A stretch of DNA of 63,247 nt, filler included, from Octopus bimaculoides (taxonomy: Eukaryota): the NCBI RefSeq assembly GCF_001194135.2. It is 6 parts of 6 records of this genome, joined end to end, with 100 filler letters (N's around TTAATTAATTAA, not from the genome) between each part and the next. Parts side by side here need not be neighbours in the genome. Positions count along the whole stretch, not along the records: positions 62,029 to 63,247 come from NC_068989.1; 5 more parts are not named here. One strand, written 5' to 3'. The notes beneath the pieces are model-generated. The model had not been told where the DNA came from and made no database searches. It worked only from the letters and a program-made list of their open reading frames with translations. The position numbers and the translations under genes are program-made. This document shows, piece after piece, positions 63,088 to 63,247 of this stretch (position 1 is its first letter; the number at the start of each line of letters is the position of its first letter).

Positions 63088-63247
63088 GGAGGCGCAATGG
63101 CCCAGCGGTTAGGGCAGCGGACTCGCGGTCATAGGATCGCGGTTTCGATTCCCAGCCCGGGCGTTGTGAGTGTTTATTGAGCGAAAGCACCTAAAGCTCC
63201 ACGAGGCTCTGGCAGAGGATGGTGGCGAACCCTGTTGTACTCTTTCA
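63088..63247 (+). mobile_element. tRNA-derived SINE head (second family), cut by the window end
   Basis: A-box TGGCCCAGCGG 63098-108, B-box GGTTTCGATTCCC 63141-53. Continues into a body shared with 53360-53700. Confidence 0.88.

Noticed and set aside
63088-63165. tRNA gene
   Set aside because: A and B boxes are present, but there is no closing acceptor stem and it continues into a SINE body also found at 53360-53700.

Overview
AT-rich, microsatellite-dense eukaryotic DNA. Its SINE families match what I recall from Octopus, so an octopod genome is inferred, not verified. I cannot support any intact protein-coding gene, rRNA, tRNA gene or CRISPR array. The window is six pieces (1-27542, 27643-41797, 41898-58214, 58315-59326, 59427-61928, 62029-63247) joined by artificial 100-bp N44-TTAATTAATTAA-N44 linkers, so adjacency across joins is unproven. 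Main content: (1) a decayed Chapaev3-type DNA transposon (14167-19213) interrupted by an internally deleted CsRn1-lineage Gypsy LTR element (14991-17680, CATC target duplication, doubled tRNA-Trp PBS); (2) a second Chapaev fragment and two dead mariners of different subfamilies; (3) a 14-kb, extremely CpG-rich satellite built from TACG/TTCG tetramers, with higher-order structure; (4) many SINEs; (5) several type I hammerhead-ribozyme motifs of the Penelope/retrozyme kind. Two of these have complete catalytic cores (57931-58017 on +, 62099-62141 on -), and two same-strand motifs bracket a ~160-bp inverted repeat. A diverged 28-bp array carrying ETS-type CGGAAGT motifs lies at 10798-10995. All alignments and folds were done by eye.
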